Below are positions 26,575-39,881 of a stretch of 63,647 nucleotides of DNA, one piece after another. The stretch comes from Octopus bimaculoides (taxonomy: Eukaryota), in the NCBI RefSeq assembly GCF_001194135.2, contig NC_068987.1, positions 48,162,978-48,226,624 of the forward strand, read 5' to 3'. The first letter of the stretch is position 1; each line of letters begins with the position of its first letter. The position numbers and the translations under genes are program-made. Below the pieces are notes generated by a model. It ran no database searches. It was given only the letters and a program-made list of their open reading frames with translations, and was not told the origin of the DNA.

Positions 26575-26910
26575 ATGATCATCATCATCATCATCGTTTA
26601 ACGTCCGCTTTCCATGCTAGCATGGGTTGGACGATTTGACTGAGGACTGGTGAAACCGGATGGCAACACCAGGCTCCAATCTAATTTGGCACAGTTTCTA
26701 CAGCTGGATGCCCTTCCTAACGCCAACCACTCAGAGAGTGTAGTGGGTGCTTTTACGTGTCACCCGCACGAAGGCCAATCAGGTGGTACTGGCAACGGCC
26801 ACGCTCAAAATGGTATCTTTTATGTGCCACCCGCACAAGAGCCAGTCCAGGGGCACTGGCAACGATCTCGCTCGAAAATCCTATGAAGGCCAGTCAGGCG
26901 GCAACGCCCA
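26575..26910 (-). mobile_element. Non-autonomous retroposon family C with (GAT)n tail; also 2316-2584+, 35281-35905+, 45505-45830-, 47790-47918+, 49460-49650+, 51655-51990-
   Basis: Shared end ...ccatgctagcatggaaagcggacgttaaa(cgat)(gat)n and core cagctggatgcccttcctaacgccaaccac. Confidence 0.75.
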
Positions 26911-28262
26911 NNNNNNNNNNNNNNNNNNNNNNNNNNNNNNNNNNNNNNNNNNNNNNNNNNNNNNNNNNNNNNNNNNNNNNNNNNNNNNNNNNNNNNNNNN
27001 NNNNNNNNNNNNNNNNNNNNNNNNNNNNNNNNNNNNNNNNNNNNNNNNNNNNNNNNNNNNNNNNNNNNNNNNNNNNNNNNNNNNNNNNNNNNNNNNNNNN
27101 NNNNNNNNNNNNTAATGATTTCAAATTTTGGAACAATTTTGAGGCACTTTCTTTTAACCTTGAAAGGAAGAAAGGGAAAGTTAAAATCAGTAGGATTTGA
27201 ACTCAGAATGTAAAGAGCCAGAAGAAATGCCATAATGATTCTACCTCACCACTCTAAAGAATGGTAATAATAATAACTAGCAGGACCCATGGAAATTCCA
27301 TGGTATAAGTCAGCAATTTGAAAACATTATGTCATTAAACACAAGCAAGGAATTGCTAAAAATTCTTTTGATGTCCTGCCATTTAATAAGGCAAGATATA
27401 TACCTCCTTGTAATACATTTGACAGATATGATGTGCTTTATAGTTTAAAGAAATAAAAGACAAATTAAAAAGATAAAACTTATATATATTGATTAAATGT
27501 TTATTATTTACAATTTTGTCAAATGTGTGTCCCTATACCTTATTTATTATCAGAGACTAGGACAGCCCTACAGGGAACTGAACTCATTCCAAAATGAAAT
27601 GGTTGGAGTCATTTGGAGCCAGCTTCATGCAAGGTATTAGGAAGCATGTTCCTTCTAGTGCACATGTTGTTGAACGTACATGTTGAACGTACATGTAGGA
27701 CATTATTTTTTGAAAAATAATCCTTTTCATTCTTTCTCTTTTTAGCTAATGTTGTCTATCGTTGTTCATATTTTACGAACAAATGTTTTGATTGAGCAGA
27801 TGATAATTAATTGCATTACAGCAAACACGTTGAAGGTAATTTAAAAAATAAAAATATGTAAAAAAGTACACTGTTCACTGTCCAACCACCAACAAGGCTC
27901 AGTTTGAGTTCTTTACTAATAGACAATATTTTCATTTCACTTCGCTTCAGCGATCTATCTGTTTGTGTATCTATTAATAAATCTTTCTATTTGCATAATT
28001 TTTTAATGTATTAGCAGGCTCACCTACCTACGTACCTGCCTGTCTGTCTAAGTAACTATCATATCTACTTTCCCTTTTGCTGATGAGTGTATCTATTCAC
28101 TTTCATAATACCAATAAGCATTTAAACCTCACAAAAAAAAAAAAAAAATTGAAAAACAAGATTGCCTCAACATGGCCATAGCGTTTGGTCTGAACATGTA
28201 AAAGATAAAAATGTAACTTTCACAGCTATTTGCTAAGTTTATTTCACATTAATTTAACTAGG

Positions 28263-28645
28263 TACAGGCGTGGTTGTGTGGTAAGAAGCTTGCTTCCCAA
28301 CTGCTTTGTTTCAAGTTCAGTCCCACTATGTAACACCTTCAGCAAGTGTCTTCTACTATAGCCTCAGATTGATCAAAGCTTTGTGAGTGGATTTGGTAGA
28401 TGGAAACTGAAAGAAGCCCATGTATATATCTATGTGTGTGTCTTTCTGTCTGTGTTTGTCTCCCATCACTACTTGACAACCAGTGTTGGTGTGTTTGCAT
28501 CCCCATAACTTAGCAGTTCAACAATAGAATAAGTACCAGGCTTTAAAAAAGTGCTGGGTTTGAATCATTTGACTAAAATTCTTCAAGGTTGTACCCCAGC
28601 ATGGCTGCAGTCTAATGACTAAAACAAGTAAAAGATAAAAGATAT
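28263..28645 (+). mobile_element. tRNA-derived SINE family A; also about 10620-11050-, 13100-13290-, 15290-15500+, 16720-17345-, 19600-19975-, 36835-36965+, 60308-60700+, 60970-61330+, 61860-62230+
   Basis: A-box-like (tgtgtggtaag) and B-box-like (gttcagtccc) head plus a shared body repeated at least 10 times. Confidence 0.8.
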
Positions 28646-31019
28646 CTATCAATGTATCTTTTAAAGCATAAATTTATAGATCTTCATGACATTGCTCAGT
28701 TATGTAGTGCTCCAGCATGGCCAGTCAAAATGACTGAAACAAGTAAAAGAATAAAAGAATTTCAGTCTGTCTCTCTTTCTCTTTCTCTTTCTCTCTTTCG
28801 TATTTAATACTGATTCAACTATTCCCTTTTCATTCTTGTTTCTGTCATTCTTTCTTTTCTCCCCATTCTCTCTCTCTGTTTCTTCATTCAAGTTATAATT
28901 TCTTATGATGGTGTAAGCATAATACACAGAAATGACAGGAACAAGCAGAATGATATAATGATTTCAAATTTTAGCACAAGGCCAGCAGTTTTAGGATAAG
29001 TCGATTAGATCCACTCCAGTACTTGACTAGCACTTGTTATTGATCACAAAAGAAAGAGAAGTTGATCTCAGTGACATGAAGAACTGAAAGAAATACAGCT
29101 AGTCTCTAACATGCTAACAATTCTACCAGCTTGATGCTTTAACCCTTTAGCATTCAGATTATTTCTGTCAAATGCTTGTCTATTCACATTGTTTTGAATT
29201 AATCAGCTATTATTTGTAGCTAAGAGATTTTGATGATGTGATTGTTTTATTTGTAGAATGACATTGTAGGGTAAATGTGAAAGATCAAATCCGTCCTATT
29301 TGAACACAAAACAGGGAGAATATTTTGGCCAGATATTGCTGGTTTAAATGCTAAAGGATTAATAATAAATTTTTCTATTTGCACAAAGCCTAAAATTTTG
29401 GGAGAAGGGGCTCTTCAGTTACATTGATCTTAGTCATGTACTTTCATTATTTAGGACTAAGTGGTTAGGGTATTTGGTTCACAATTTTAAGGTTGTGAGT
29501 TCAATTCCTGGTAACACATTGTCTCTTTGAGCAAGACATTTTATTTTTAGGTTGCTCCAGTCCACTCAGTTGGGAAATGTATTGGTAATTCAAAAGGCCA
29601 TCCTTGTCACATTCTGTGTCACACTCAATCTCCCTGAGAACTATGTTAAGTGTACACGTGTCTGTGGAGTGCTCAGCCACTTGCACATTCATTTCCCAAG
29701 CAGGCTGTTCCATTGATCAGATCAACTGAAACATTTATTGTCATAACCGACAATGTGCCATTAGTGCTCAACTAGTACTTATCTTATTGACCTTGAAAGG
29801 ATAAAAGGCAAAGCTGACCTTGGTAACTCTTGAACTCAGAATGTAAAAAGCTGAAAGAAATGCAGCTAAGCATTTTATCCAATGCACTAATAATCATGCT
29901 AGCTTGCCTTCTTAATAACAATAATAGTTCTTTCTACTATAGGCACGAGGCCTGAAATTTTGAGAAAGGGAATAGTCAATTACATTGACCTCAGTTCTTG
30001 ACTGGTACTTACGTTGATGTAATTTGAACTTGGGACATATCGAGAAGAAATGCTACTAAGAATTTTGTATAATGTGCTAACAATTCTGCTAGCTCACCAA
30101 AATAATTTTTTCTAACATAGGCACATGGTCTGGGATTTTGAGAGAAGAGTGAGATGATTACACTGACTCCGGTGCTCAACTGGAACTTATATTNNNNNNN
30201 NNNACACACAAAAAAAAAATGTTGAAAGGCAACCTTGGTGGAACTTGAATTCAGAAATTAAAAGGCTGGTAGAAAGGCAACTAAGCATTTTCTGCAACAT
30301 GCTAATGATTATGCCAATTTGCCACCTTACTACTACTAATAATAATCCTTTCTACTAGAATTTTGCCTGGTGTAGTAACGATTCTGCCAGCTCACTGCCT
30401 TAATAATAATAAGTTCTTTCAAATTTTAGCACAAGGCCAGTAATTTTAGGAATGGGATAAGCTAATTTCATCAGCCTTGGTACTTGACTGGTACTATTTT
30501 AGCAATCCTAAAAGGATAAAATGCAAAGTCAACAGGATTTGAACTCAGAACATAAAGGGCAAGAAGAAATGCAACTAAGTATTTTGTCCGATACATTAAC
30601 GATTCTGCCAACTCACTGCATTAATAATAATAAAAATGATGACGATGATGATGATGAATAAGATATAATATTACTTGTTTCATTCTTTCATGTTATTGTA
30701 TCTTTAACATTTATGAATTTGTGCCATTCACTATAACTTCTGTAACATTTACAAAATAGACATAAAATTAATTCCTCCTTTATCTCTTTGTCTTTCACAT
30801 GTTGTCTCATGTGATTTGTTTAGTGATAAGATTAATTCACTTTTTTATTTTATGTCTGAAGTATTTGCTTTTTGGGTTCTTTCATTTTTTTATTTTACAA
30901 TTCTTATTAAAAGGATATCCTGTTGGGAAAGGAGGGCAGAAACAGAAGAGTGTCAAATTAAATGCCTTGCAGTATATCTGTTTGATAATAGCCAATACAA
31001 ATGTTGGCAAAAGTACACT

Positions 31020-31960
31020 TCCAAAGTTACCCATTGTATGACGGATAATACTCTAGTATAGTTTATATTCTGAATTGAAATCCTGCCAGTGATAACCTAG
31101 CCGCCATGCTTTTATTCAAAAATAATAACTAGGCATATAGTGTAACTAAATCAGTCAACATCACTACTTTCCTGCAAATGAATGACAAAAGTGAATGTAA
31201 AGAATCAGCCTTTGAGCAGTGCAACAGTGCTAATATTAATACTATTATTAAGTATCACTATAGAGTACCATAGAAGGGAGACAAGCACAGGAGTTAAATA
31301 ATGCCACCAGACACCAGTCAGTTTTTCCACCCAAAACTCAAAAAATAAGGAAAGAACAAGCTATAAAGTCTCCAGTAGTTACAATGAAACCAAGAGCATA
31401 AATAGGCACAGTGTAAATACCACCAACAGCAAATATATGGAAAATTCCAATGCTAAGGACATGAATTACAGTAGTAATCGATTTAACAACAACCAGTTAG
31501 GGCCAAATAATAAAAGAGAAAATGACAGAACAAAAACCAAAAATAGGAGGAAAAAAGAGGATAACAAGCATAACGATGCACCAAACAATAAACGTACATG
31601 TAGGGACTAAACACAATGTCCTTTGCAGAACCTATGTATGTGTCGGAATGTGATATGCAAAGTGAACACAAGAAGCCCATACGTCTATATAGGAGCATCA
31701 GCTGATTTCAAAAAATTAATATCAAAATCACATTGCCAGTTTCAATGGGGTTGATAAGAGGTATTCAACATCCTCAGCTGACCTTATGTGGAAATTAAAA
31801 GAGGACGGGATAAAATATACCTTGAATTGGTCAATAATAAAGTATGCACATCTATATGATGCCCTCTCTTGAAAGTGCAGGTTATGTTCAGAGGAACCAC
31901 TATGCATATTGTTGAGTGATGAAGGGGTTATTAACAAATTTTCAGAAAGAATAATAAGAT
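31020..31960 (+). mobile_element. Penelope-like element, degraded GIY-YIG endonuclease end
   Basis: CPLQNLCMCRNVI..VYIGAS..., then MWKLKEDGIKYTLNWSIIKYA...CRLCSEE...VINK, read across frameshifts. Confidence 0.75.
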
Positions 31961-32439
31961 GCAGACACAAGCTGAAATCACATTTTCACAATATAATAGA
32001 GGTAATTAAGTAATTAATTAAGGATTATGTAGAATAATAGTCAGCTAACCAAATCTCTCCTCTAGTGGAAATACACCAGTATAAATGTTATATGTACTGT
32101 GTATTTACTTTCAGAACCTAATGTGTTGTATGAAGTTGATATTGTAGCTAATTGTATGCAAATTTATATGTATTTAAGCATGTCACCATATACTATTTAG
32201 TAAACGATGAACAGGTGATCAGTGGATGCTCCACAAGACAGAATGTACACAAAATTAGACTGAAGTTTGTATATTTTTCACAATAGAGGTTATTAACTGT
32301 TTAGTCAATGAATGCATATATATTGACCATGTACTTATTGTTTGAGCTTAATGTTACTATATTATTGAAACTGTATCTCACTGTATGCAAACTCCCATGT
32401 ATCTGTGCATACAACTACACACAACAACTGATAGGCTAC

Positions 32440-33020
32440 CAGTTGTTTGAATGAATATGTGTGTATGTTGATATGCAATATATAGCCATGGGTGGATGAA
32501 CATATATATTTGTATGTGTAACTAAAATATTCATATAAATGCATACTGATGTGTATAATATGTGTATGAGTGCGTATACTTATGAGTGTATATGTGAGTG
32601 TATGCCTGTGTGTCTATATGTGTGTGTGTGTCTGCATGGATGACTGTGAGTGCCTGCATGTGTGTGTCTGTATGAACATATATATAAACAGAGTTTGTGT
32701 GTATACATGTATATCTGTTGATGTAGGCATGCATATGTGTGTCCATGTATGTGTGTCTATGTGCATACACACACACAAAGACATATATATAGGGGATGCA
32801 TATTTGTTTATGTATGTGAATATATGAAAATGAGTGCAGGCATCTATTTATATGTGAATGATGCTTGTGTGTCTGTGCATGAGTGTCCACATGTGGGTTG
32901 GTGGTTCTGAGCGATGGGGAGTGGATATGGAATCATCTGTCTGCATGGTTGCTTGTGTTTGTAAAGATGGATGCAGGAGTCCTTCAGCCTGTATGTGTGC
33001 ATGCCAACCAATGTGTATGC

Positions 33021-33108
<88 letters not shown>

Positions 33109-33130
33109 ATGCATGTGTATGATTTGGTAT
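32440..33130. repeat. Degenerate TG/CA-rich low-complexity tract ending in a perfect (TG)n of about 80 bp
   Basis: Directly visible. Other (TA)n/(TG)n tracts lie at about 2258-2315, 2585-2771, 5515-5548, 8730-8781, 15945-16051, 60830-60885 and 63490-63647. Confidence 0.9.
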
Positions 33131-34261
33131 CTGTGGATTTATGGGCCGGTTGATGTTTGATCATAAATCAACCCAATTGACTAGATAGTGGTCGCAAGCT
33201 GAGAGCATCTGCTGCCTGGACAGAGTGAGTGTTTGAATGCAGGAATTCGCTGGTCGATGGTGTCTCTGTCTGCTGGAGGTAAGGAAGGGTGAATATGTTT
33301 TTGTATGTGTATGTATGGGCGTGTGTATGTATATTTATATATATTTTTACCTCATAAAATACAATAGTTGCCTAAGGTCAATTTGGATGCCAATTGTGCC
33401 TTTTTTTTTATCTCAAACATAGCTGATTTATTATTTTATGATTTTATTTAATGTATCTCTTTATCAGTGTAAAGCATAGTATTTGATTCACTGGTTTATT
33501 GCATATTTATTTTATATATGATTCTTTGTAAGTAGGTTTATGACCGATATGAGAACTGTTCTTCATTCTAAATCATGCCTTCTTCTGCATGCCAATAGCT
33601 ACAGGTAAATACCAAAATGTATTCTAATCTAAATAAGCAAAACGAAGATTACAGAATGAAGCACCTTTTGACAAGTCACCCAATAAGGCACATCTGCATA
33701 CATCTGCACCAGATGATGAACCACGACTATTTGTACAGAATTTTGACTGATGCTTGATAAGTTGAACTAACTGTCGTGATTAATGAACAACCTTGTAAAT
33801 TCCATTTTATTTCTCTTTCTCTCATATGTTAGAAATTCAACAGACATGAAGAAATTTCTGCAGTAAATCCAGTGGCACATATATCCATACTGTTGAGAAC
33901 ATGAGGTAGCTGAATGTTGAGTGAATGTCTTCAAATAGCATACTAAGAGGTGTATATCCATATATATATAAATGTATATATATATATATATNNNNNNNNN
34001 NNNNNNNNNNNNNNNNNNNNNNNNNNNNNNNNNNNNNNNNNNNNNNNNNNNNNNNNNNNNNNNNNNNNNNNNNNNNNNNNNNNNNNNNNNNNNNNNNNNN
34101 NNNNNNNNNNNNNNNNNNNNNNNNNNNNNNNNNNNNNNNNNNNNNNNNNNNNNNNNNNNNNNNNNNNNNNNNNNNNNNNNNNNNNNNNNNNNNNNNNNNN
34201 NNNNNNNNNNNNNNNNNNNNNNNNNNNNNNNNNNNNNNNNTAAATTTAAATTTTTTAAAAG

Positions 34262-35180
34262 GTTTAATAAAAAATAACAACTAATTAATCAATAATGTAT
34301 TCACCCTTGTTGTTTACAACTTCTTCCCAACGTTCAACAAGACTTTCAATACCTTGTTGGTAGAAATCACCTGATTTCGACTCGAAAAATTGATCCAACC
34401 AAGCTCTCAATTCTGCATCAGTATTGAACGAAACTCCATGCATAGCATTTGAAAAAGATTGAATGCGGTGGAAATCCATTGGTACCAAATCAGGAGAGTA
34501 CGGCAGGTGTGGCAGCACTTCCCAGCCATGCACTTGAATGACTTCTTTGGTCATATTGGCGATATGAGGGCAGGTGTTGTCGTGCAGCAGAAGAACTCCA
34601 TGCTGATGATTAGGTCTTTTCTCTTGAATAGCCATGTTGATTCATTCCATCTGTTGAACATAGAGTTCCACGTTGACCATTTAGTTCCGTTCAAGCTGTT
34701 CGTAATGGATAATCCCTTCCTGGTCCCACCATATGCACAACATCGTTTTACACAGATGAAGATCTTGTTTCATGTGCAGTGTTGCTTGTTTACCAGGGCT
34801 AAGCCATTCCTTACACAGCTTCATATTGATGAACAGGTACCATTTTTCATTGCCAGTAATGGTTCAGTAAAGAAATCGTTGCATGTGTCCATGAGTTGAG
34901 CAGTAACGAGCAAGCAAACCAGTGAAGATTGTGGCTCGTTGATTTTTGTTGTTGTCACTTAAAGCATGCAGAACCCATGCTCCATACTTCTGAACCTTTC
35001 CCATCGAGTGAAGTTGCTTCTCTATAGCAGTGTGGAAGCATTCCATTTTCTCTGCCGGTTTCCTTGTTGTTTGACAAGAATTTTCATGCAAAAGTTGATT
35101 TAATCACTCTTCATCGAACTCAACTGGACAGCCAGAACAAGGTGCGTCTTTGAGGTCAAAGTTTCCATTTTTGAACTTGG
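34262..35180 (-). mobile_element. Mariner (D,D34D) relic truncated at a gap
   Basis: WVLHAL, HDN-x34-D with HLPYSPDL. First catalytic Asp reads Asn (TGNEKW) and the frame is broken. Confidence 0.9.
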
Positions 35181-35902
35181 NNNNNNNNNNNNNNNNNNNN
35201 NNNNNNNNNNNNNNNNNNNNNNNNNNNNNNNNNNNNNNNNNNNNNNNNNNNNNNNNNNNNNNNNNNNNNNNNNNNNNNNNGACCTGTTGAGGCAAGTGAA
35301 TTTGGAATTTGGAATTTGGAATTTGAAATCGAAATCGAACCGAATCCGATGACTGGCACCCATGTCAACCACTCCTTTATTGGACACTAAACTCTGCTTG
35401 CGAAGACCTGTTGGGGCAAGTGAAATCGTAATTGAACCATACTCGATGACTGGTCACCACGCCAGTGGAGCACTAACAGCACTGTCGAGCGTGTTCATTG
35501 CCAGAGCAGCTGTCTGGCTTCCCTGCTAGTGGCCCGTAAATAGCACCATTAGAGCGTAATCGTTACCAGCATTGCCTTCTAGCACTTGTGCTGGTGGCAC
35601 GTTAGAAAATCATTCAAGCGAGGTTGTTGCCAGTGCCACTGGACTGGCTCCCGTGCAGGTGGCATGTAAAAAATCTCCTTTTTGAGCATGGCCGTTGCTA
35701 TTACCGTGTGACTGGCCCTTGTGTCAGTGGCNNNNNNNNNNNNNNNNNNNNNNNNNNNNNNNNNNGGGTATCCAGCTGTAGAAACTCTGCCAGATCAGAT
35801 TGGAGCCTGGTGCAGCCTTCTGGCTTGCCAGTTCTCAGTCAAATCGTCTAACCCATGCTAGCATGGAAAACGGACGTTAAATGATGATGATGATGATGAT
35901 GA

Positions 35903-35943
<41 letters not shown>

Positions 35944-36671
35944 TGACATGCACACAACCATGCTGGCACATGTTTATTTTTAGAAAATATCTTCCCTCTC
36001 ATAATAATCATTTCTACTATAGGTACAAGGCCTGAAATTTTGGGGAAGAGGATAGTCAATCATATCGACCCAGTACACAACTGGTACTTTATTGACTGTG
36101 AAAGGATGAAAGTCAAAGTTGACCCCAGCAGCAGTGATTTCGTCATTGTCTCCCTGCCAATGATAGCAAGAATAATAGTATAACAATCACCACAACAAAA
36201 TAGAGTTTCTTACATGTTGTTTGCTTTATATCAAGTTCTTTATAAAAACAAATTAGTATCAAACTGAAAGATTATTCAATACCTTTTGTAGAATGAATGT
36301 AGAGTCTGATGAAGGAGCAAGCCAATCTTTTCCTTGTAAAAGTTTAATACACACACACACTTAAATATATATATATCATACACAGATACATATGACTATA
36401 TGTATGTGTTTCCATCAATTTGTCCCATAATTAGTGGTTCAACCAATAAGTATGAGACTGCATGAAGTAAGTATAGGGAATAATATAACCAACTAAACTT
36501 TTACGGGCAATATGGCTACAGTCAAATAATTGAAACTATTATAATACTGTTGTAAGATAATATGAGATATACAACTATATCTACAATGTTTGTTTTTTTT
36601 AAACAGATTTTCAAATCATATATGGGAGACAGAAAAGGAATTATTTTAAAGATGTAATGATGAAGTCTTAC

Positions 36672-36781
36672 CTGTTATAAGATGCCGGTAATCATGTTCT
36701 ATTTTTTGGAATTGTTCAAAACGTTCTTTTGAATTTTTGCTACTAATTTTTTCTGTCCAAAACTGGACATCTCGAACTTCT
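36672..36781 (-). CDS. DLG5: DLG5-like penultimate exon, GK domain
   Basis: AG/GT bounded, 110 nt, EVRDVQFWTEKISSKNSKERFEQFQKIEHDYRHLIT. Ends with G (phase 1). Confidence 0.92.
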
Positions 36782-37254
36782 CTGTAAAAGAAACATATAC
36801 ATATACATTACAGACACACACACGAATATAGGTGCAGGCATGTGTGTGTGGTTCAGATTCACTGTGTAGTGTTTTGCGCATGAGTCTTCTATAGCTATAG
36901 ATTGACTAAAGCCTTGTGAGTGGATCTAGTAGATGGAAACTGAAAGAAGCCAGTTGTGTATGTGTATGTATGATGGCATGAACATATGACGTGTATGGAG
37001 GATGGCAGCTGTGCAAAGAAATGCTGTACTTTTAAATAATATGTGTCCAGTAATAAATGGTGAGAAATTTTAAGATGTTACATCGCACAGATGAGATGAC
37101 AAGCTGTTGAGTTAAAACTGGAGATTTCCAGTCCAGAGAAGACCAAACTGATAGCGTAAGGATGACCAAATCAAAAATAGTGATGTAGTCTGAGAAACAT
37201 GTATCACCAAGTCTACTGTTGCTGCTTTCACCTACACTTTGCTACCTTCTTATC

Positions 37255-37505
37255 ATAAGCTTTTTAATTCCTATATTATCAAGGTTAGTTACTTATGTTT
37301 AGTTAATATTGCTTTGAGCAATGCAAGCGGCAAAAGTAGCAAGCATACATCCACAATCTAACATTATCAACTGCCCACTGGGAGGATCATACCACTCAAA
37401 GACTATGGTCTATAGGGTAACCCTCACACCATTAGATAGCATTAAGACTATACAGGCATGACAGCTGATGACTTTAAGGGAAGGTTTAAGCAACATATGC
37501 ACTCC
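37255..37505 (+). mobile_element. Penelope-like GIY-YIG fragment
   Basis: FNSYIIKVSYLCLVNI and CPLGG...MVYRVT...YTGMTADDFKGRFKQHMHS. Confidence 0.7.
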
Positions 37506-38419
37506 TGCTTCATCTAGAGCCTCCAGGACTATGAAAATGACTTGCTCAATGTTCTATGGAGCATCTGTGACAAGAGTTTCCTTACTCATCTGGAGTTTAT
37601 AATTGTTAACTTTATCTCCTTGAGAAACTGCACATACTCCAGCAGCCTGCTGTATCCATCAATAGAAAAACTGACCTAATCTTTTGTTGTCACCAGAGAT
37701 ACATCCTATTAAAACCTTTAAATACCAAAGCTCCTGTAGTGAGACAGAAAAGAGCTATTTTGTCATGGTGGCAAGGCACAGTTGTGCTATGGCCATTTCA
37801 TCCAATGAGAGCTGGTTGTGGAAGGATACACATGACAACTTCCACCCAGCAGTATAAATGCATTTATCAAAGAGTTAAATCAAGTGGCAACATCACTCTT
37901 TCTACTATGTGTATTTTACAGTGTTCACTATCAATGCCATGCAACTTGCTTGACTTATATCTATAACCATTCTGCAGCATATATGCAGAATGCTCTACAT
38001 CTTTTAACATTTACACCCAAAGATAAAAATTCATTCTTATACGCTCATGTTGCTTAGTACTTATCAACAATCTAAAATAAATGACTATGCTTTATTAACA
38101 AAACATGCCTTCTGATATTTATTTCTACACATACTTCAGTCACGTTATATTGTGACACTGTTATCTTCCAACACATTACATTTGAACCCATTACAACTTT
38201 GAATCTGTCACATTGGTGACTTACTACTAGATTGGTGAGCACTTACTAAATTGGTGACCCTTCTCTCTCCACACAACCTGAAACCAGCCAAGAATTTTAA
38301 TGGTGAATATTACCAATCAGCTTGAAAATGGCTATATTATCCTAGTCATATCTAAATGAGATGTACAGCACAAATCATGTTAGTGTGTTCATGAAAACCC
38401 ATGATTTTACTACATAAAC

Positions 38420-39460
38420 AATTGAGTTATAGTATCCAATATTATTTGGCATGGTATCTGACTTCTGTGAATTTTTAGAGATTTTTTCCACATTTTCCTA
38501 CATCAACTTCTTGAAAATTTTTGATCATGATGGAAAATGGATACCAGTTTCATGTAGTGAATCAGAATTTGAAGGATTTTCAACTGTACAGTGAACAGAA
38601 AAACCATGTAGTGTGTGAGTATGAATCTGATATTTCTATTTGTGAAAGTGATTCTAACATTAGCTCAGACAATTACTGTGGAAACTAATCATTACACAAA
38701 ATGTAAATAAAACAATAAAAAAGACTTTGTGGTCTCCCACATCCTTAGATGAAATCTGAGCATGTTTTGCAATCAATATAATTATGGGTATAGGAAAGCT
38801 ATTCAGAATAACAAACTATTGGAGTAGTAATGAACTTCTTGGAGACCAATATGTTTCCAATATCATGACATGGACAAGATTTTTGAAATTATCTCTATGC
38901 CTCCATATAAAGGACACTAGTAGTGCACTAGCATATGAGGAACCAAACTTTCATCCCTTATTTGAAATAAGACCCCTCATTGACTGCGTTCAAAGCACAT
39001 ATAAAACATTGTATAAACCAGAGGATACCTATCCATCAATGAGAGTATGGTGGGATAGAAAGGCAGAGTATGTTTCCAACAGTACATACCTGGAAACCCA
39101 CAAAATGGGGATCAAAGTTTAGAAGATTTATGAAACTAGAACTGAGTACTGCTGTGAGTTCACTATTCATATGAGGAAAAAGGACATTATTTTTTGAGTG
39201 ATTTTTCACTTCAGTCAAACATGCAGTGGAATTAGAAGCTGTGGCAACATATGTGCTACAGTAATTGCAAGTAGGGAAAAGATGCCGTTGGATATAAAAA
39301 AAAGCAAAATTTAAAAAAAACAGGTGAAATAATCCAACAGCAGAAAGGAATTTGCTAGCAACTGCATACAGAGACAAGAGGCAAATTAATTTTCTGTCAA
39401 CCTGTGAATGAAAAGGGCATCCCAGGTTAAAAGGAAGATCCCGGCCTACTTACTACATGA
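38420..39460 (+). mobile_element. piggyBac (PGBD4-like) transposase relic; boundaries approximate
   Basis: IMTWTRF...PLFEIRPLID and SINESMVG*KGRVCFQQYIP/KPTKWGIKV motifs with stops. Confidence 0.8.
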
Positions 39461-39881
39461 TTGTAATTACAAGCCTTACTGCAGACATTTGTATTGTTTC
39501 TTTGAACAGAACATTCTCTAGTCCCAAAATCTGCATTGCTACAAGTGAGGCTACAAGATAATTAACTCTATTTTTACTATATTTCTGTTGAAATACACTG
39601 CCTTTGCTTCAAGTAATATTGACATTAATGACATACTGTAGCATTTTAGTTTCTATTCCTAAGAACTAGTTTCTTGAAAACTACTTCCACCAAGTTCTCC
39701 CAATTCTCCTCTCATCATCCTAACTCTGTCTCTCCTACCATATCTAACCTGACAACAGTGAGCTTCTTTTTCAGACATGTAACTCTTTAGTATTCCTCTT
39801 CTACCTGTGTTGATCTACAGATGTTAAAGGCGAACATCAACCACATCAATCTGTCCCATCTAGAAAAGTTATAGGCATTTA

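Noticed and set aside
27554-27633. Plus-strand AG...GT segment with open frame RLGQPYRELNSFQNEMVGVIWSQLHA
   Set aside because: No recognisable homology and no partner exons. Such segments arise by chance. RNA-seq would be needed.
36305-36345. CTGATGA followed by a possible stem; similar at about 25676, 28080 and 54687
   Set aside because: No correctly placed GAAA or helix I, so not hammerhead-like.
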